A stretch of DNA of 64,000 nt from the human T2T-CHM13v2.0 reference genome, Homo sapiens. The notes under the pieces are model-generated. The model saw only the letters and a program-made list of their open reading frames with translations. It was not told where the DNA came from and ran no database searches. A program made the translations under genes and the position numbers. Positions 14,231 to 28,005 of this stretch are shown one piece after another; position 1 is the stretch's first letter, and each line of letters starts with the position of its first letter. The DNA lies in NCBI RefSeq assembly GCF_009914755.1, contig NC_060932.1; one strand, written 5' to 3'.

Positions 14231-14375
14231 TGTATAAGTTTGGGTTCTCCAGAGAAACAGAATCAATAGGAAATATAAAATTACTATAAGAAATTGGCTC
14301 ATACAATTATGGAGACTAGAAGTTCAAGCTCTTTAGTCAGCAATCTTGAGACCTAGGAGTGGTGATGGTGTAACT
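14231..14375 (-). mobile_element. MLT2 (ERVL) LTR terminal fragment
   Basis: tgtataagtttgggttctccagagaaacagaatcaatagg...aaattggctcatacaattatggag. Confidence 0.8.
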
Positions 14376-14486
14376 TAAAACAACTGATTAAGGATTAATA
14401 CTAACTTAATTGTAGTAGAATGCAAAGCGTTGCTCCAATACATCTCAGTTTTCTGCTTCCTCCTTTGCACAATTATTGTTATATAG

Positions 14487-14804
<318 letters not shown>

Positions 14805-14852
14805 TTAGATTATACTTTTAAACATTATAAATATATAAACACAGGTTTTTAA

Positions 14853-15300
14853 TTTTTTTTAACTTTTATTTTACATTTGAGGGTATATGTGAAGGTTTGT
14901 TAAGCAGGTAAACATGAATTATGGGGGTTTGTTGTATATATTATTTCATTACCCAGGTATTAAGCCCAGTACCCAATAGCTATATTTTCTACTCCTCTGC
15001 CTCTTCCCACCCTCTCCTCTCAAATAAACCCCAGTGTCTGTTGCTTTCTTCTTTGTGTTCATAAGTTATTATTTAGCTCCCACTTATAAGTGAGAACATG
15101 TAGTAGTTTGTTTTCTGTTCCTCCATTAGTTTGCTAAGGATGATAGCCTTCAGCTCCACCCATGTTCTTGCAAAAGACATGTTCTCATTCTTTTTTATGG
15201 TTGCATAATATTCCATAGTGTATATGTACCACATTTTCTTAATCCAATCTGTCACTGATGGGCATTTAGGTTGATTCTACATCCTTTGCTATTGTGAATA
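14853..15300 (-). mobile_element. 5'-truncated L1PA (about PA10-13) 3' end
   Basis: Antisense ORF2 end (WIKKMWYIYTMEYY...MFSLISGS) plus 3' UTR. TSD ataaacacag(g)tttttaatt. Confidence 0.92.
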
Positions 15301-15846
15301 GATAAACACAGTTTTTAATTATTGCTTTATACAGTTGCCTTTTAAAACATGGGATAGGAAAAGTGTTATAAACATAATAAATATATTTATATTGTCTTTT
15401 ATAATGCCCATGTAGTTAATTTTATTGGTCCTCTGTGTATTTTTGTGTGGATTCAAGTTACCATCTAGTGTCCTTTTCTTTCAGTCTGAAGGAAATCCCT
15501 TTACTATTTCTTGTAGTCTGCTAGTGATGAATTCTCAGTTTTTATCTTTCTGAAAATATTTTAATTTCTCCCTCAATTTTGAAGAGAGTTTAGCTAGATG
15601 TAGAAATCTTGGTTGACAGTGCTTTTCTTTTAGTACTTTGAAGATGTCATTCCACTGTCTTCTACTCTCCATGGTTTCTAGTAAGTTAGTCATTAATCTT
15701 ATTGAGGATACTATGTCTGTGATAAGTCCTTTTTCTCTTGCTAATCTCAAGATTTTATCTTTTTCTTGATTTTTATTAATTTGATTGTGTTATGTCTAGC
15801 TATGGGTCTTTCTGAGTTTACTCTACTTAAAGCTTGTTGAGTGTCG

Positions 15847-16138
15847 TTTTTTTTCTTCAGATGGAGTCTTGCTCTGTCACCCAGGCTGGAGTATAATGGC
15901 ATCATCTTGGCTCACTGCAATCTCCGCCTCCTGGGTTCAAGCGATTCTCCTGACTCAGCCTCCTGAGTAGCTGGGATTACAGGCACGTGCCACCACGCCC
16001 GGCTACTTTTTTGTATTTTTAGTAGAAACAGGGTTTCACCATGCTGGTCAGGCTGGTCTCAAACTCCTGACCTTGTGATCTGCCCGCCTCTGCCTCCCAA
16101 AGTGCTGGGATTACAGACGTGAGCCACCGCGCCCAGCC
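15847..16138 (-). mobile_element. AluSg-like
   Basis: Full dimer ending gagccaccgcgcccagcc. Confidence 0.96.
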
Positions 16139-17701
16139 TATTGATCCTGTTTAAAGTGTTGATTCATATTTTTCATTAAATTTGAAAAGCATTTGGCATA
16201 TTTCTGTAATATTTTTCTGCCCTTTTATATTTCAATTTTATTTTTCTGGGGTTTTCATGTATATGTTGGAACATGTGATGGTTTCTGACAAATGTCTGAG
16301 GATTTATTCATTTTTTCATCATTCTTTTTCTCTCCCATTCTTTTTTCATCTTTGCATACTGGATAATACCTATTGATCTGTCTTCAAGTTCACTGATTCT
16401 TTCTCCTCCCAGCTCAAATCTGTTGTTCAGTGCCTCTAATTAATACTTCATTGCAGTTATTATACTTCTGGATTCCAGAGGTTTTTTAAAGAATAATTTT
16501 GTCTCTATATTGATGTTGTCTATTTGGACAGGCATCATTGTCCTACTTTCCTTCAGTTCTTTAAACATATTTTACTTATAATTGCTGATTTAAAATCTTT
16601 GTTTTCTAGGAAGACAATCTGAGCATCCTCATGGATATTTTCTGTTGGCTCTCTTTTTTCCTATGAATGCGCCATGTTTTTCTCTTTCTCATGTCTTTTT
16701 TTGTTGAAAACTGGACATTTTAGATGTATTGTTGCAATGCTGGTATCAGATTCTCCTGTTCCCATAGGTTTGTTGTAGCTGATTTGTTGTTTTTGCTATT
16801 GTTTTTCTTGTTTCTGTTTATTCATTTAGTGACTTCCCTGGACTAATTCTGTAGATTTTGTATTCTCAGCAGTGTATGGCTTTTGAGTTGAGTTCTCTAG
16901 TCATTTTTTTTTTCTTAAGTTCTTGTTTTTATTTTTAAGTTTGGCTTCCTAGGGGTCACACTGAAATCAATATGTGGTCAGCCAATAATAGATCAGATTT
17001 TTTAAAAAAATGCCCTGCCTTTTTATCTCTACCCTTTGCAAGAGGAATCTGTATGAGAAGGCAAGCCATCACACTACAGGCAATTTATGAAACAGCCTTC
17101 GCTCTCACTTCCTGCTTGTACATGGCCTCAAAGTCAGCCAGAGGTGAATGACTGGTGCCTTCTCCTTTCCCAGTTTTTTTTTTTCTGGATTTTCCCACTA
17201 CTTTTTAAACACCCAGAAATATGTGGAAGCTTTTCAGAGTTTCCCATGGTTGTCTAGTTTTCCTGGATTTTCTTTTAAATTCCCAGCCAGCTTGTTGTTT
17301 GCCTCAACTGAAATCACAGCCTTTCATCTAAGCAGCTGAGATGCTGCTGGGAAGGAGCTGAGCTGAGTCAAATCACATCACCATTATGCTCAGAGAATAA
17401 AGATTTCCCAGGAAGCTGCAAACATGGACAAAATATTGACTGTGTTCTGGAAGTGGTACCTTTACAAAAGATCTAAAAGTGGTCAGCTCTCTCTTGCCTT
17501 CATCATTGCTGGCTTTTGTCTACCATGCCACTGAGCTGGAACAGGAAGAACATGTGAATATCTCCAAGTTAAAACTTCACAGAATTCCTTCTATGTAACC
17601 CAAATTTAATACTTTTGCTTGGATACATAGTTTTCAGGTTGCTATATGCTTTGGTCAACTGTCGAGTTTTGAGTTGATTGACTTCAATATTTTTGCCTGT
17701 A

Positions 17702-18030
17702 CAGTTATGCATTGCTGAATGACAGGAATATATTCTGATAAATATGTAGTTAGGCAATTTTGTCATTGTGAGAATATAGAGTGCACTTATACTAACCTAG
17801 ATGGTATAGCCTACTACACACCTAGGCTATATGGTATAGTCTATTGCTCCTAAGCTGCAATGCTGTACAGCATGTTACTGTACTGAATACTGTAGGCAAT
17901 TGTAACACAATGGTAAGCGTTTGTGTATCTAAACACATCTAAATGTAAAAAGAAACAATAAAATCATGGTATTAGAATCTTATAAGACCACTCTCCTATG
18001 TGCAGTTTGTTGTTGACCAAAAAATGACTG
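17702..18030. mobile_element. Tigger3a (MER7A) TcMar DNA transposon
   Basis: cagttatgc...atgactg termini flanked by TA. Internal aacctagatggtatagcctactacacacctaggctatatgg. Confidence 0.9.
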
Positions 18031-18424
18031 TATTTTTGTTGTTTTAGAGGGAGAGCAAGTTTGCCATGGTTCTTACTGCCATTACAGAAATTGATCCTTT
18101 CTCATACAATTTGCTTTGGCATTTCATTTAATTAATCATTGCTATGTTTTAAATTTTCAGCAGATATACAAGGTATAGCACATTTATAACTTGTTGCTGA
18201 ACTAGAATCTCAGGGCATAAAACTGCATACAAGGCTACAAGTCTATGCCTTCTCCAGGGATAAGAGTCTAAAACCTATAACCTCTAGATCTGATATATTC
18301 ACCCTTATGAAGAATCTCTCAGTGATAAAAATATAGGCAGAGGGATAGTAAAAGATGAGTTTCATGAACACTTTGGTGATTGATTGGATCACCAGTCTTC
18401 AACTTCCACCCAGATGGTTCCATT

Positions 18425-18958
18425 TAACTAGTGGTGTGTAACAAACTATCCCCAAAGATAGTGACATAAAATAACAACCATTTTATTAATGTCACAATTT
18501 TGTGGGTCAGAAATTCAGCCAGGGCTCAAATGAGCTATACTTCTGCACCACATGGGATAACTAACTCAGTGCTGTTTTGCTGGTGGCCAGTCTGCTACCC
18601 ATCTGATCCGGGCCACAGTGGCATTATTCACATGCTTGCTGCCTGTGTCAGGTGAGTGGAATGATAGGCTGCCCTGGATCACTCTGTCTTCCTCTCCCTG
18701 AAGTCTCAGGATCTCTCCTTATGATCTCTTCTGCAGCATAGTCAGACCTCTTATTTCATGGCTCAGGGCTTCCCTAGAGGGCAAGGCAGAAAGTGATCAT
18801 CAATTTAAATCAGCCTCAGAATAGGAATAGCATAATTTCCATTGACTCTATTGGTTAAAGCAGTCACAGGAAAGCCCAGGGTAAAGGGAAGATGAAATAG
18901 ACACTACTTCTAGAAAGGAAGAATGTCAAAGAATGTGGTGACATCTTTGATCTGCCAC
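18425..18958 (-). mobile_element. MLT1 (H/K-like) MaLR LTR
   Basis: tgtgtaacaaactatcccc...ttttgtgggtcagaaattcag...ctattggttaaagcagtcacag...atctgccaca. Confidence 0.7.
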
Positions 18959-19989
18959 ACAGCCTATCTTTGGTTTGAAAAATGAGATGTAAAGAACTTA
19001 GCAATTCTCTGGGCTTGGGACTGAGAACGTCCCTGTGAATCATTAAGGGACTTTGTGGCATCCTTAATAAGCCTGAGAATTTGGTTTCTCCAGTCAAATA
19101 TTTTTCTGATGCATTGGGCGTGACAATGGCACCAACCTTCTGAGAATTACTAAAGCCTCAGTAACAGTGAGACAAGACCTGCACTTTTCAAAGGTATAAA
19201 GAGAAGTAGCCACCTAGCATTGGAAGACATTTCCGAATATGATGTTTTTCAAACTCCCTTTTGAGAATCAGGTACAGTCATTGCTGACACATAGTGTTCT
19301 CGTGAATGCTAGTTCTCCTTTCCTGCTGGACCACCTAGCAGCAAACTCTCCCTTGCTCAGCTTCTAGGATAACAAAGCCTTTAGGAGGAATGCAGCTTTA
19401 CTTGCTTAGTCCTACTTTGCTGGATTTTCTTAATGTTTCATATTTTTGTTCACGAATCTGCCTGGTCATGCTGTGCCCTTTGTCTTGATTGGTAAAAGCT
19501 TTGTTCATAATAGAACTCTCAGCTTTTTCCTTTCCTGATCATGGGGAGTCTTATGAGGAATATATTCATATAGTCCTAATCCTCAAAATCTAAAAAGGCT
19601 CTAATACTTCTCTTCAACTGAGCAACTCCAGCAGGGCACAGACTGAAACAAAAATAGAAGCTTATTTATTGATTGTCTTGTCAGCAGAGCAGATATTCAC
19701 CTGACAGCTTTAACTTTTTGATTCCTAACAAAAAGGCTGTTTACAACCCCCTTCTTGGACAGTACAGTTAATTTCCCAAAGGGTAGCTTTGTGTGTGGCG
19801 GGAGGGAAGTAGATCTCTGAAACAGGGGAAGTAAATTAATACCTTACCCACCACTGAACCTTTCATCTTTCCACAGTGACTAATCCTCTCAAGGGTGTAA
19901 TACTGGTAGAATTTGTGCTAGAACAGAAACAAAAATATCACAAGTGTAATATTGAATAGTAGAGTCTCCTTGATATTGAAACTCTGCTC

Positions 19990-21080
19990 TGTTGCAGGCA
20001 CTGTAGTCTTTACTGGAGACATAATGGAAAACAAATTCAATATGGCTTCTAAATCATGTAGTTGACATTGTAATAAGAAGGAAAAAAACCCCATATAATT
20101 AAAATAATGTGTATAGTATTATAAAATGTTATGTTTCAAAGTAAAGAAAATTGAATTTGTAAGAGTGAATGAAGAGAATTCAATCTAGATTGGGTACAAA
20201 AAGTCTTCTTGAGAGAGTGACCACAGGGGTGTAGAAAATGATACCCCAAAGTGGGGTACTTTGGCAGGCTGCACACTTTGAGCCGAAGGAAATTAAAAGA
20301 CCTTAGAAGCAGGCTCAGAACCAAGGACTTTCTGACCTTCTCCTCTTTCTCTCCCCAAGTGCACGATGGAACTCTCCCTGAAGTTTCTCATCTGAAGCTC
20401 CTACAGAAGGAACATGATTGCATTGGATCCACTCCCTGAGATTCCATGACCCAGGGGCTATTCAATTCACATTACAGAAAGAAAGACTGAAGAATGTATC
20501 ACACTTAGACAGACTTTGTCACAAGCTATTTTCTGCTCTTTTGTTCATTCATCTTCTAGAGAGAATCATTTACAAACTCCTGTCTGTTCTTTGGGCCCAT
20601 TCGGTGCCCCTGAAAATCATTTACTACCTCTCAAAATTGCCTACCTCCCCCCACTGCCCTCTGCTTCTAAAGAACATATGTAAACCTCAACCATCTGGCC
20701 CTTCTTTGAGTCTCATATTTTACATGGCTCCCATGCACATTTGCACATACATTTGTTAGCCTTTTCTTCTGTTACTCTATTGTCAGTTTATTTCAGCAGA
20801 TTCAAACCTTTAGAGGGGGAGGGAAAAATTCCTGTCACCCTTACATGATATTTGATATGAAATCTGAAGAAAGAGTAGGAGGTGATCAAATTAAAAAAAA
20901 GAGCATTCTGGACAGAGGAAGTGATCTGGAAGAAAAATGTCACAATTGAGATACTGAAAGGAGACCCATATTGCTCAGGTACAGAGAGCCAAGGTAAGAT
21001 AGAGTTGGAAAGGGTATACACCAAGTCATGAACAGCTTGTAGGCCATGGTAAGTATTTTCATCTTTATTATACATGAACT
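19990..21080 (-). mobile_element. L2 remnant, split by an ERV1 LTR
   Basis: Purine-rich antisense L2 features (gagcattctggacagaggaag, tgtaggccatggtaag) on both sides of the LTR. Confidence 0.55.
20222..20845 (+). mobile_element. ERV1 MER39-like solo LTR
   Basis: gataccccaaag..actttggcaggctg..tttgagccgaaggaaatt start, ends cccttaca. 4-bp near-TSD tgac/tgat. Confidence 0.75.
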
Positions 21081-21105
21081 TCCACTTAAGCAACTTATAC
21101 TTAAG

Positions 21106-21205
21106 AATGGTATAATTATAACTACATAACTATGGTATCCTATAACTATATAACTATATAATAATGGTATAATTATAACTACCTAACTATGGTATCTTAT
21201 AACTA
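21106..21205. repeat. Local 43-bp duplication (57-bp period) built from tataac/tatggtat sub-units
   Basis: aatggtataattataactac(a/c)taactatggtatc(c/t)tataacta at 21106 and 21163. Confidence 0.88.
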
Positions 21206-21989
21206 CAATTTAGGGGAAAAAATCATCTAGCTGAAATGTGAAAGATAGAGATAATTTGTGCCAAATTGGCCTTGAGAAATCAAATTGTAGATTTTTTTCC
21301 CCAAAGGTATGGATGAGTAAAAAAAATCAGTAGAAGCTGCTAATCAGTTGAATATATGGGATATGATAAAAAGGGATGTTAAAAATGGCAGCCAAAAAAT
21401 TAAGAGTGACTAAATTCATTCAAAATTAACTGGATTGGATATTGCTGGGGTATGGGGAAAAGGGATGAGAGTGTTAAGTGACTGCAAGATTTCTATCTTT
21501 GGCAGAGGAAAAGTAGGATTGGGTTTTTCTTGAGTGGGGTTGATGTCAGGTGGGTGTGACAAAAATCACAGGAAGGCAAGAGAATTTATGATATTGGCAA
21601 AAGTGTTTTTACAATGTTGAAATATGAAATCTAAACTAGATAAGGATAGAAGTGAAGAAGACAGAGGAGTAAGGGTTTAGAACAATTTTAAAATAGCAAT
21701 AAACTAGATTTCCTGATGGTGTTGACACAAGGGAATAGCTTACTAAACAAGCTAGATGGAGGGAAGGTTTTGGTCAAAGAGCACAAACCTTGAATTCATG
21801 ATTTATGAAGCTTGTGCTTGCCTATTTTCTTGTTTGACCAAAGTGAGTTATATGGAACACTGAAGAAAGACCAGGAGTGTGGAGATTTGGTGTTTGGGGT
21901 TTATGGGAGCTGGTTTCTTTCATAGACAGTGATCCTCATAAAGGAAGTAAGAGAGGAGAGCTGACCCCATGACCCTGACTCATAAATAC

Positions 21990-22556
21990 TATCAACCTGA
22001 AATAATCAGAAAGATAAGAATCCAGCTCTAGAAAGTTTATTCGAGCACAAAGTTTAAGGATGACCACCTGGGAAATACAGACTCCAACAGGATGAGTTCA
22101 GTGCTGTGAAGAAGAAAAGTTCAGATTTTACTTACATAGGTATAAACAAAGGAGTGTGGCAGAATTACAACATTTTCCACACAAGGCTGGTCTACATGTT
22201 AACAGTCATTTAATTGGTTACAGCTTGTTCCTTTCTGAAAAATGTATATGTAACATTTCTTGAGCAATATGATAGTTTATTGTGCTATCTGTTCTGAGTT
22301 GGTGTGAGAGAAGAAATAAGAAAGTTAATCTATAATAAGAGTCAACAATTAAGAGGGAAAGGTTCTTATTTCTGGTGCCACTTAGTCTTTTATGACATTT
22401 TACAAAACAATCTAGGTAAGGAAAAAGTTAATTTATCATCAGAGAAACAAAGGTTGTAGCTGCCTGTTACATGACTCAGGTCCCACAATCACATTTTCTT
22501 TAAGACTCAAATAATTTCAGGTTCCAACAGCTTTAATTTGAATTACTTATTTCACA
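21990..22556 (-). mobile_element. ERV1 MER4-group solo LTR (MER67-like)
   Basis: Reverse complement starts tgtgaaataagtaattcaaattaaagctgttggaac and includes gggacctgagtcatgtaacaggcagc. Confidence 0.7.
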
Positions 22557-22892
22557 GTATAAACATCAAAATCATAGGGACCTTTTTACAAACTACACAT
22601 ACCCCATATGCCCCAACTGCACCCCCTGACCAAGCTCCAAGTATGCATAGGTTGCTTCCAGATACCCTTTCCCCAAATTCTCCATTGAAAATCATTGTTT
22701 TCATTGAATTACTCTTACTGAAAGTGTTAAGTTTTATCCCTTGATAATGTTGAGGAGGACAGAAAAGGTTGAGAACCTCTGTACTACATCAAACTGCCAA
22801 AGAGAAAAGAGAATGAAAAGTGTATATATTTGGACACATTCACCAGCTTTTCTACCTTTGTATCTCCCACACATGGCACAGTGCCTTGCACA

Positions 22893-23426
22893 GTGGAAGA
22901 CTAGAATATGCCACCCCAAAATATCTTCTTTGGCATAAGGATTATTTTAAGCTGATTATTTTGGGAAAGAGCAAAGACAGGAGAAATTCTGAAAACAGAG
23001 TAGAAGTTCCCTTTTGCAAGAATAATTTCCATCTGTAAAGGAAATCTTCATTTGTAAGTGTGTCTCCCTCTCTGTACAAGGAAGAGAAGCGTGACTCTAA
23101 ATCATAAAAGAATCTTATCAATGGAAAAGGAACTTAAATCTACATAATATACTTTACCCTTATCTACTGAGCTTTTCTTGGTTACTTCCCATAATTGGTC
23201 TCTCACACACTTTTGTTTTTGTTTCAACTGAAGATGGTATTTAAGCCTGAATTCTAAGCCAATTTTTGAGATTTACTCATTTTTCTGGGTATCTTCCATG
23301 TGTATATGGGGTATCATGTAATACATGTCTGCATGCTTTTCTTTTATTAATCTGTCTTTTGTTACTGGGAGTTCCTGCTAAGAATTCAGGAAGAGGAGAG
23401 GGAAAATTATTTTTTCCTCCTCTACA
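22893..23426 (+). mobile_element. ERV1 MER34-like solo LTR inserted in an L2 3' end
   Basis: agaatatgccaccccaaaatat..tttggcataaggattatttt..ttttcctcctctaca. Flanks rejoin as L2 gcacagtgccttgcaca|taataaatgctcaataaa. Confidence 0.85.
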
Positions 23427-23589
23427 CATATAATAAATGCTCAATAAACATTCTTAAAATTAAATTCCAGATTATATTGATAACAGAGCTGGCAATAAAG
23501 ATCTTTCCTCCTTTCCACCACTACCCTTTGTTTTTCCAATGTTAGCATTCAAAAAAATTGAACTAAAAAAACATAATTCTGAGTCCTTC

Positions 23590-24348
23590 TGAGATCACCT
23601 TTGCAAAGAAAATGATAGCAAGAGAAGTCTGACATGGCTGACTCCATCTTGCTTCTAGCCTCACAGGCTGGCTGTCATTGCTCATTCCTGGGCATAGGCC
23701 AACCTAGACATGGGAGGAATTTAGTTCATAGTTTAACTTGCAAGCAAAAATGATAATAATCCTTCCCTAAAATTAAACCCTGTCTTGGTCAGGGACTGAA
23801 AACTAACAAAAGGCCACAAGGTAAGGATTGTGAGAGGGGTCTGAACTCTGCTAAAATGTAGGTGTAGTTTCTGTAATCCCTTACTGCATGGGAGTCCTGT
23901 GGCCAGAGGTCACAAGAATTGTGACTTCCTCAATTGCTCCTATAGATAACATCACTATTGTAGAACTTAAGATTGGTCTCTTGAGATGTTTCTTAGACTT
24001 TTGCATCCTGGCAACTGTTCCCACCTTGACTCATGATTCATGATTCAACTGGTTCTGTGGCCCCACCTCAAGGTGGACTCAGTGTACATAGACCATTTTC
24101 CACACCCCTATGATTGCATTCCTAACCAATCAGCATCATCCATTCTTTAGTCCTCTGCCTACCAAACTATTCTTGAAAAACCCTAACCTCCAAGCCTTTG
24201 GGGAGGCTGATTTGAGTGATAACTCCCGTCTTCCCACTCAACAGCCTCACATTAATAAAACACTTTATTGCAACAGCACAGTCTCAGTGAATTGATTTTG
24301 TATTTGCAGTGGGTAGGAAGAATCTGTCCTGAATTTGTCTGAATTACA
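23590..24348 (+). mobile_element. LTR8A/B-like ERV1 solo LTR
   Basis: tgagatcacctttgcaaag...gactccatcttgcttctagcctcacaggctggctg...aataaa...gaattaca. Confidence 0.85.
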
Positions 24349-25264
24349 CATTCAATAATGCTTCAGTTCTTTTCCATGCCTGGCTAATTCACTCTTCTAC
24401 AAGAACTCTGGGTCATCCTTCAATTCTCTGGAAAATCCAATTTTGATCAGTTTCCTCTCAAACCATGCCTTCAAGAACTCAGCCTCAGCTTCGAGATTAC
24501 ACATTTCCTTTCTTGCTTCTAGAAAAAGTCTGATGCCCTCAAGCACCTGCTCTTTCTCAGTTGCAGTGAAACTCTGATGAACCTAAATTACATAAGGTTG
24601 GAATTGCCTGATAGAATTTATTAAAATCTTTTGGAGATATTTTTATATAAAATGGAAAGTGAAGACACAGAGACAGAATGGGAGAAACAGAGAGAGTGGA
24701 AGAAAGAAGAAGGGAAGGAAGGGAGGAAAGGAGGGAGAAAGAAAGGAAAGAAGAAGATGAAATAATGGTATAAGCCTGAAGTCATGTAGAGCCAGTAGAG
24801 ATGGACATTTTTGAAGATTTAAAAGTATAACCTGAAGATTAGGTCCCCAAATTAGATAAACATGAGCAATAAATAAAGGTGAAATAACATGATCCAACCA
24901 AGGTGAAATAACATACCCAAGATCATGCAGAGAAAAACTATATTTTGATTTCCCCAGCTTTCCCTGCCTTATTCCAGGTTACATTGGAAGCTTTGTCAGT
25001 GGACTAGCCATGCTTTATTATTCCTGCCACAACTCCATCATAGTACTCAGGATATAGTAGTTAATAAATGAGCTTATCTGGAAAAAAAACAACGAGGCAT
25101 ATCAATCTTGGAATGGGTCCTGATGTGGGGGAATTTCTGATATAGGAAATTGAGCTGGATATTTAGTGATTGTAAGCAATGGTTTATTTATCTCAAAATT
25201 TTCAGGAAAGTTTCAGCCTCAAACAAGAGGTTTTAATTTGTATAAATAAAATTTAAAGAGCTTA

Positions 25265-25440
25265 GGTGAACCCTGTGAAGAAGGTACCATTATGTTCTTC
25301 ATTCTACAGTTAGGGAAAGTGGGACACAGAATAAGTAAGTAACTTGCCCAGGGCTCATATCTAGTAAATAGTGAAACAAGGATTTGAATCTCATCATTTG
25401 GGCTTCTGCAGAGATTATGTTCTTAACCAGTACACTGTAA
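25265..25440 (-). mobile_element. MIR
   Basis: cattctacag..ggaaagtgggacacaga..aagtaacttgcccagg..ggatttgaatc. Confidence 0.7.
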
Positions 25441-26944
25441 TACCTCACACTCAAACATGTTTTGTAGACTTCAGTCCACTTGAAGCTAAGTATATCTCTT
25501 TAAATACCTTGTTTGATATTGAAATGAAACAGGATGCTGAATTGGAATTAGGATTTCATCACCATCAACATTTAAATGTGGTGAGATATTGTTGAAGCTT
25601 TACATACATTATCTCATTTAATCCTTGAAATTGCCCTTTGATTTTTTCTTATATTTTTATAATATCCTTACTCTGCAAACACAGCTAGTAGCTGGTAGAT
25701 GCAAACTCAGGCAATCTGATACCGAAGTATGTATTCTTAACTAATGAAATACACCATTTCTCTGGAAAAACTGCCAGATAATTGTAATGGGTCTTGCTAA
25801 ACATAGAAATGTACCAAACAGTGTGTCATAGGGATGGTTCTGATTTCTATGTCATAATGTTGTTGCTTGGGTCACCTGAATAAAGATTGCTTTTCAGGGA
25901 GAAGCAATGCTTAGCTGCAGAAAGAATTAGGCTTATAATAAATTTATATGCTTCACCAGTTAAAATGTTGTCAAAATAGGATTCTTGTGTCCTTGGGATA
26001 TGGAGAGGAGAAAGGTACTAACTATGATGCTGTGACCATATGTCAATATTCAACAGCATTCAGTAAATTAATGATCCTTAAAAAGAAAAATGATACTAAA
26101 CAGAGGAGGGTGGTGAACAGGAGAGATAACTCATGACCCTACAATCACAGCTCTGTGCCTGTGTATGTACCAAAAAATATGAAGAAAGATGCACTGTGAT
26201 TGATGCTTATGAGAGAAATACAATCTTGAAAATTCTCAGACACTGCATCTTCTGCATCTACCTTCTTCTTTCCATGCTCAGTAGAAGTTCTTTGATGTTC
26301 TGTGTCCTGGACTACAATGAATCACACAGAGAAGGAAAACAATCTATCATATTCTGTTGGCAGCCAGTAAAGGATGATCTGTTGAGAGGTTGAATTTCCC
26401 AAGATCCTGTATAAAATCAATCTCATAGAAATGTTTCATTGATCATATTTAGTACCAGTTGGAAATTACAAACTATCTCATTGGTAGAAGCTTTGCCTGT
26501 GATCATACAAACTGAAGATCTTTAATTTGCTTCTTCCAAGAGACTCAGGAGTCTCATAAAGGCAGCATCAGAAATTCTGCAGAAGCTCTAGGGTTTGATC
26601 TCAACTTGTGGCAATAGATGTAATTACTGAGTAGAGGAAGAAGATATAGATTTTAAAAAGAAAAATGATAATGGGGGCTTGGAAGAATTTTATGAAATGA
26701 TTATGAGAGTTCTATCAACTCTGTCTGCCAAAATTCTAATATTCAGGCAGAACTAAAGAGTTTCTAGAAATCCTGTAGGTTTTCTTAGCTTTCCTTTGGA
26801 TGATTTGACACCTGCATAAACTCTGTTGTGTTAAAATATCAATCAAAGCTGTGATTTCTGCAGCACCGCAGTGAGAGAGGCAGAGTTCTAGCTGCTACAT
26901 GCTAAATCATCTGATTCTGTATTTGTTCTTTTACTGTAAGAAAT

Positions 26945-27070
26945 TGTAGCAGAGACTGAGTAGCTGTTCACCCAACCCACTTATTCCGCTTCCTGCACAA
27001 ATAGCAAGCCTTCATTCCTCAACCTGTCTTGCAGTTTTCCATGAACAGGTGATTGAGTTCTAGCCAAAGA
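26945..27070 (+). mobile_element. MLT1J-like LTR 5' fragment
   Basis: tgtagcagagactg...cttgcagtt...gtgattgagttctagccaa. Confidence 0.5.
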
Positions 27071-27300
27071 CTGACTTTATTTTAGGTAGCGTGGTTTTCT
27101 TTCATATTGTTATTGTTGAACTCCAATTCCATTTTTATTTTTTTAATTAAAAAAGAGCTATTACTTTTATAAAAACATACATGTATTTTTATTTTATTTA
27201 TTATAAATATTTTATCTGTGAAAAAAGTTAAAAAGAATAAAAAAAACTCAGAAATAACTATTGCCAACATTTGGGGAATATAGTCTCAACATTTCTCTGT

Positions 27301-27386
27301 AAAGAGAGAGATAAAAAGAAAGAAAGAAAGAGAAAGAAAGGAAGAAAGGGAAAGAAAGAAAAAAAGAAAGAAAGAAAAGAAAGAGA
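27301..27386. repeat. (GAAA)n-type polypurine tract
   Basis: Directly visible. Confidence 0.9.
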
Positions 27387-27523
27387 CTTTCTTTTACCCT
27401 TGCTATCTCTGATCTCTCTAGCATTCAGTATAATCTCCAGTCTTCTCTGTTACCTAGGAGGCTAGATCACTGTTCTAAGGATTTGGGGCCAGTTGATTTA
27501 CCAATGCTTTCAACTCTCTTACC

Positions 27524-27657
27524 TAATTAATTAATTAATTATAGAGATGGGGTCTTGCTATATTGCCCAGGCAGGTCTTGAACTCCTGGCCTTAAGTAAT
27601 CCTCTTGACTTGGCCTCTGCAGTAGCTGGGACTATAGGTGCACACCATCATACCTAC
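27524..27657 (-). mobile_element. FLAM_A
   Basis: agagatggggtcttgctatattgcccaggcaggtcttgaactcctgg...gtagctgggactatagg, with (TAAT)n tail. Confidence 0.85.
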
Positions 27658-28005
27658 CTCTTTTACCTTTTTTAATTGTTGCTATTTGTCTTCCAATATG
27701 TGCTATATACTCCCTTCTTTTTTCAATTTCCTCTTACAGTGGAGGAGAATTTAGGGTTCTTATACTATTTCTTTCCCATATTCTTACTTCTCTTCTCTCC
27801 TAACATTTATATCACAATTTCCATCTAAACCCCAATTCAGTTTTTACCATATAGCAATGAAAATATTATGTTATTTACTACTAACCCAACTAATGAATTA
27901 TGATTATGCTTTATTTTTTGTATTTTTATTATTTTTCTTGGAGTAAATAACTCTCTCATATGTTTCATATATATGTATTTCATACATATGTGTACATATA
28001 TATGG

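Noticed and set aside
24876-24914. 15-bp direct repeat aaggtgaaataacat (and a 12-bp tandem near 50897)
   Set aside because: Ordinary short slippage duplications.
26130-26650. mRNA-like unique sequence, possible processed pseudogene or lncRNA exon
   Set aside because: No poly-A with TSD and no recognisable peptide on either strand. Cannot be supported without a search.
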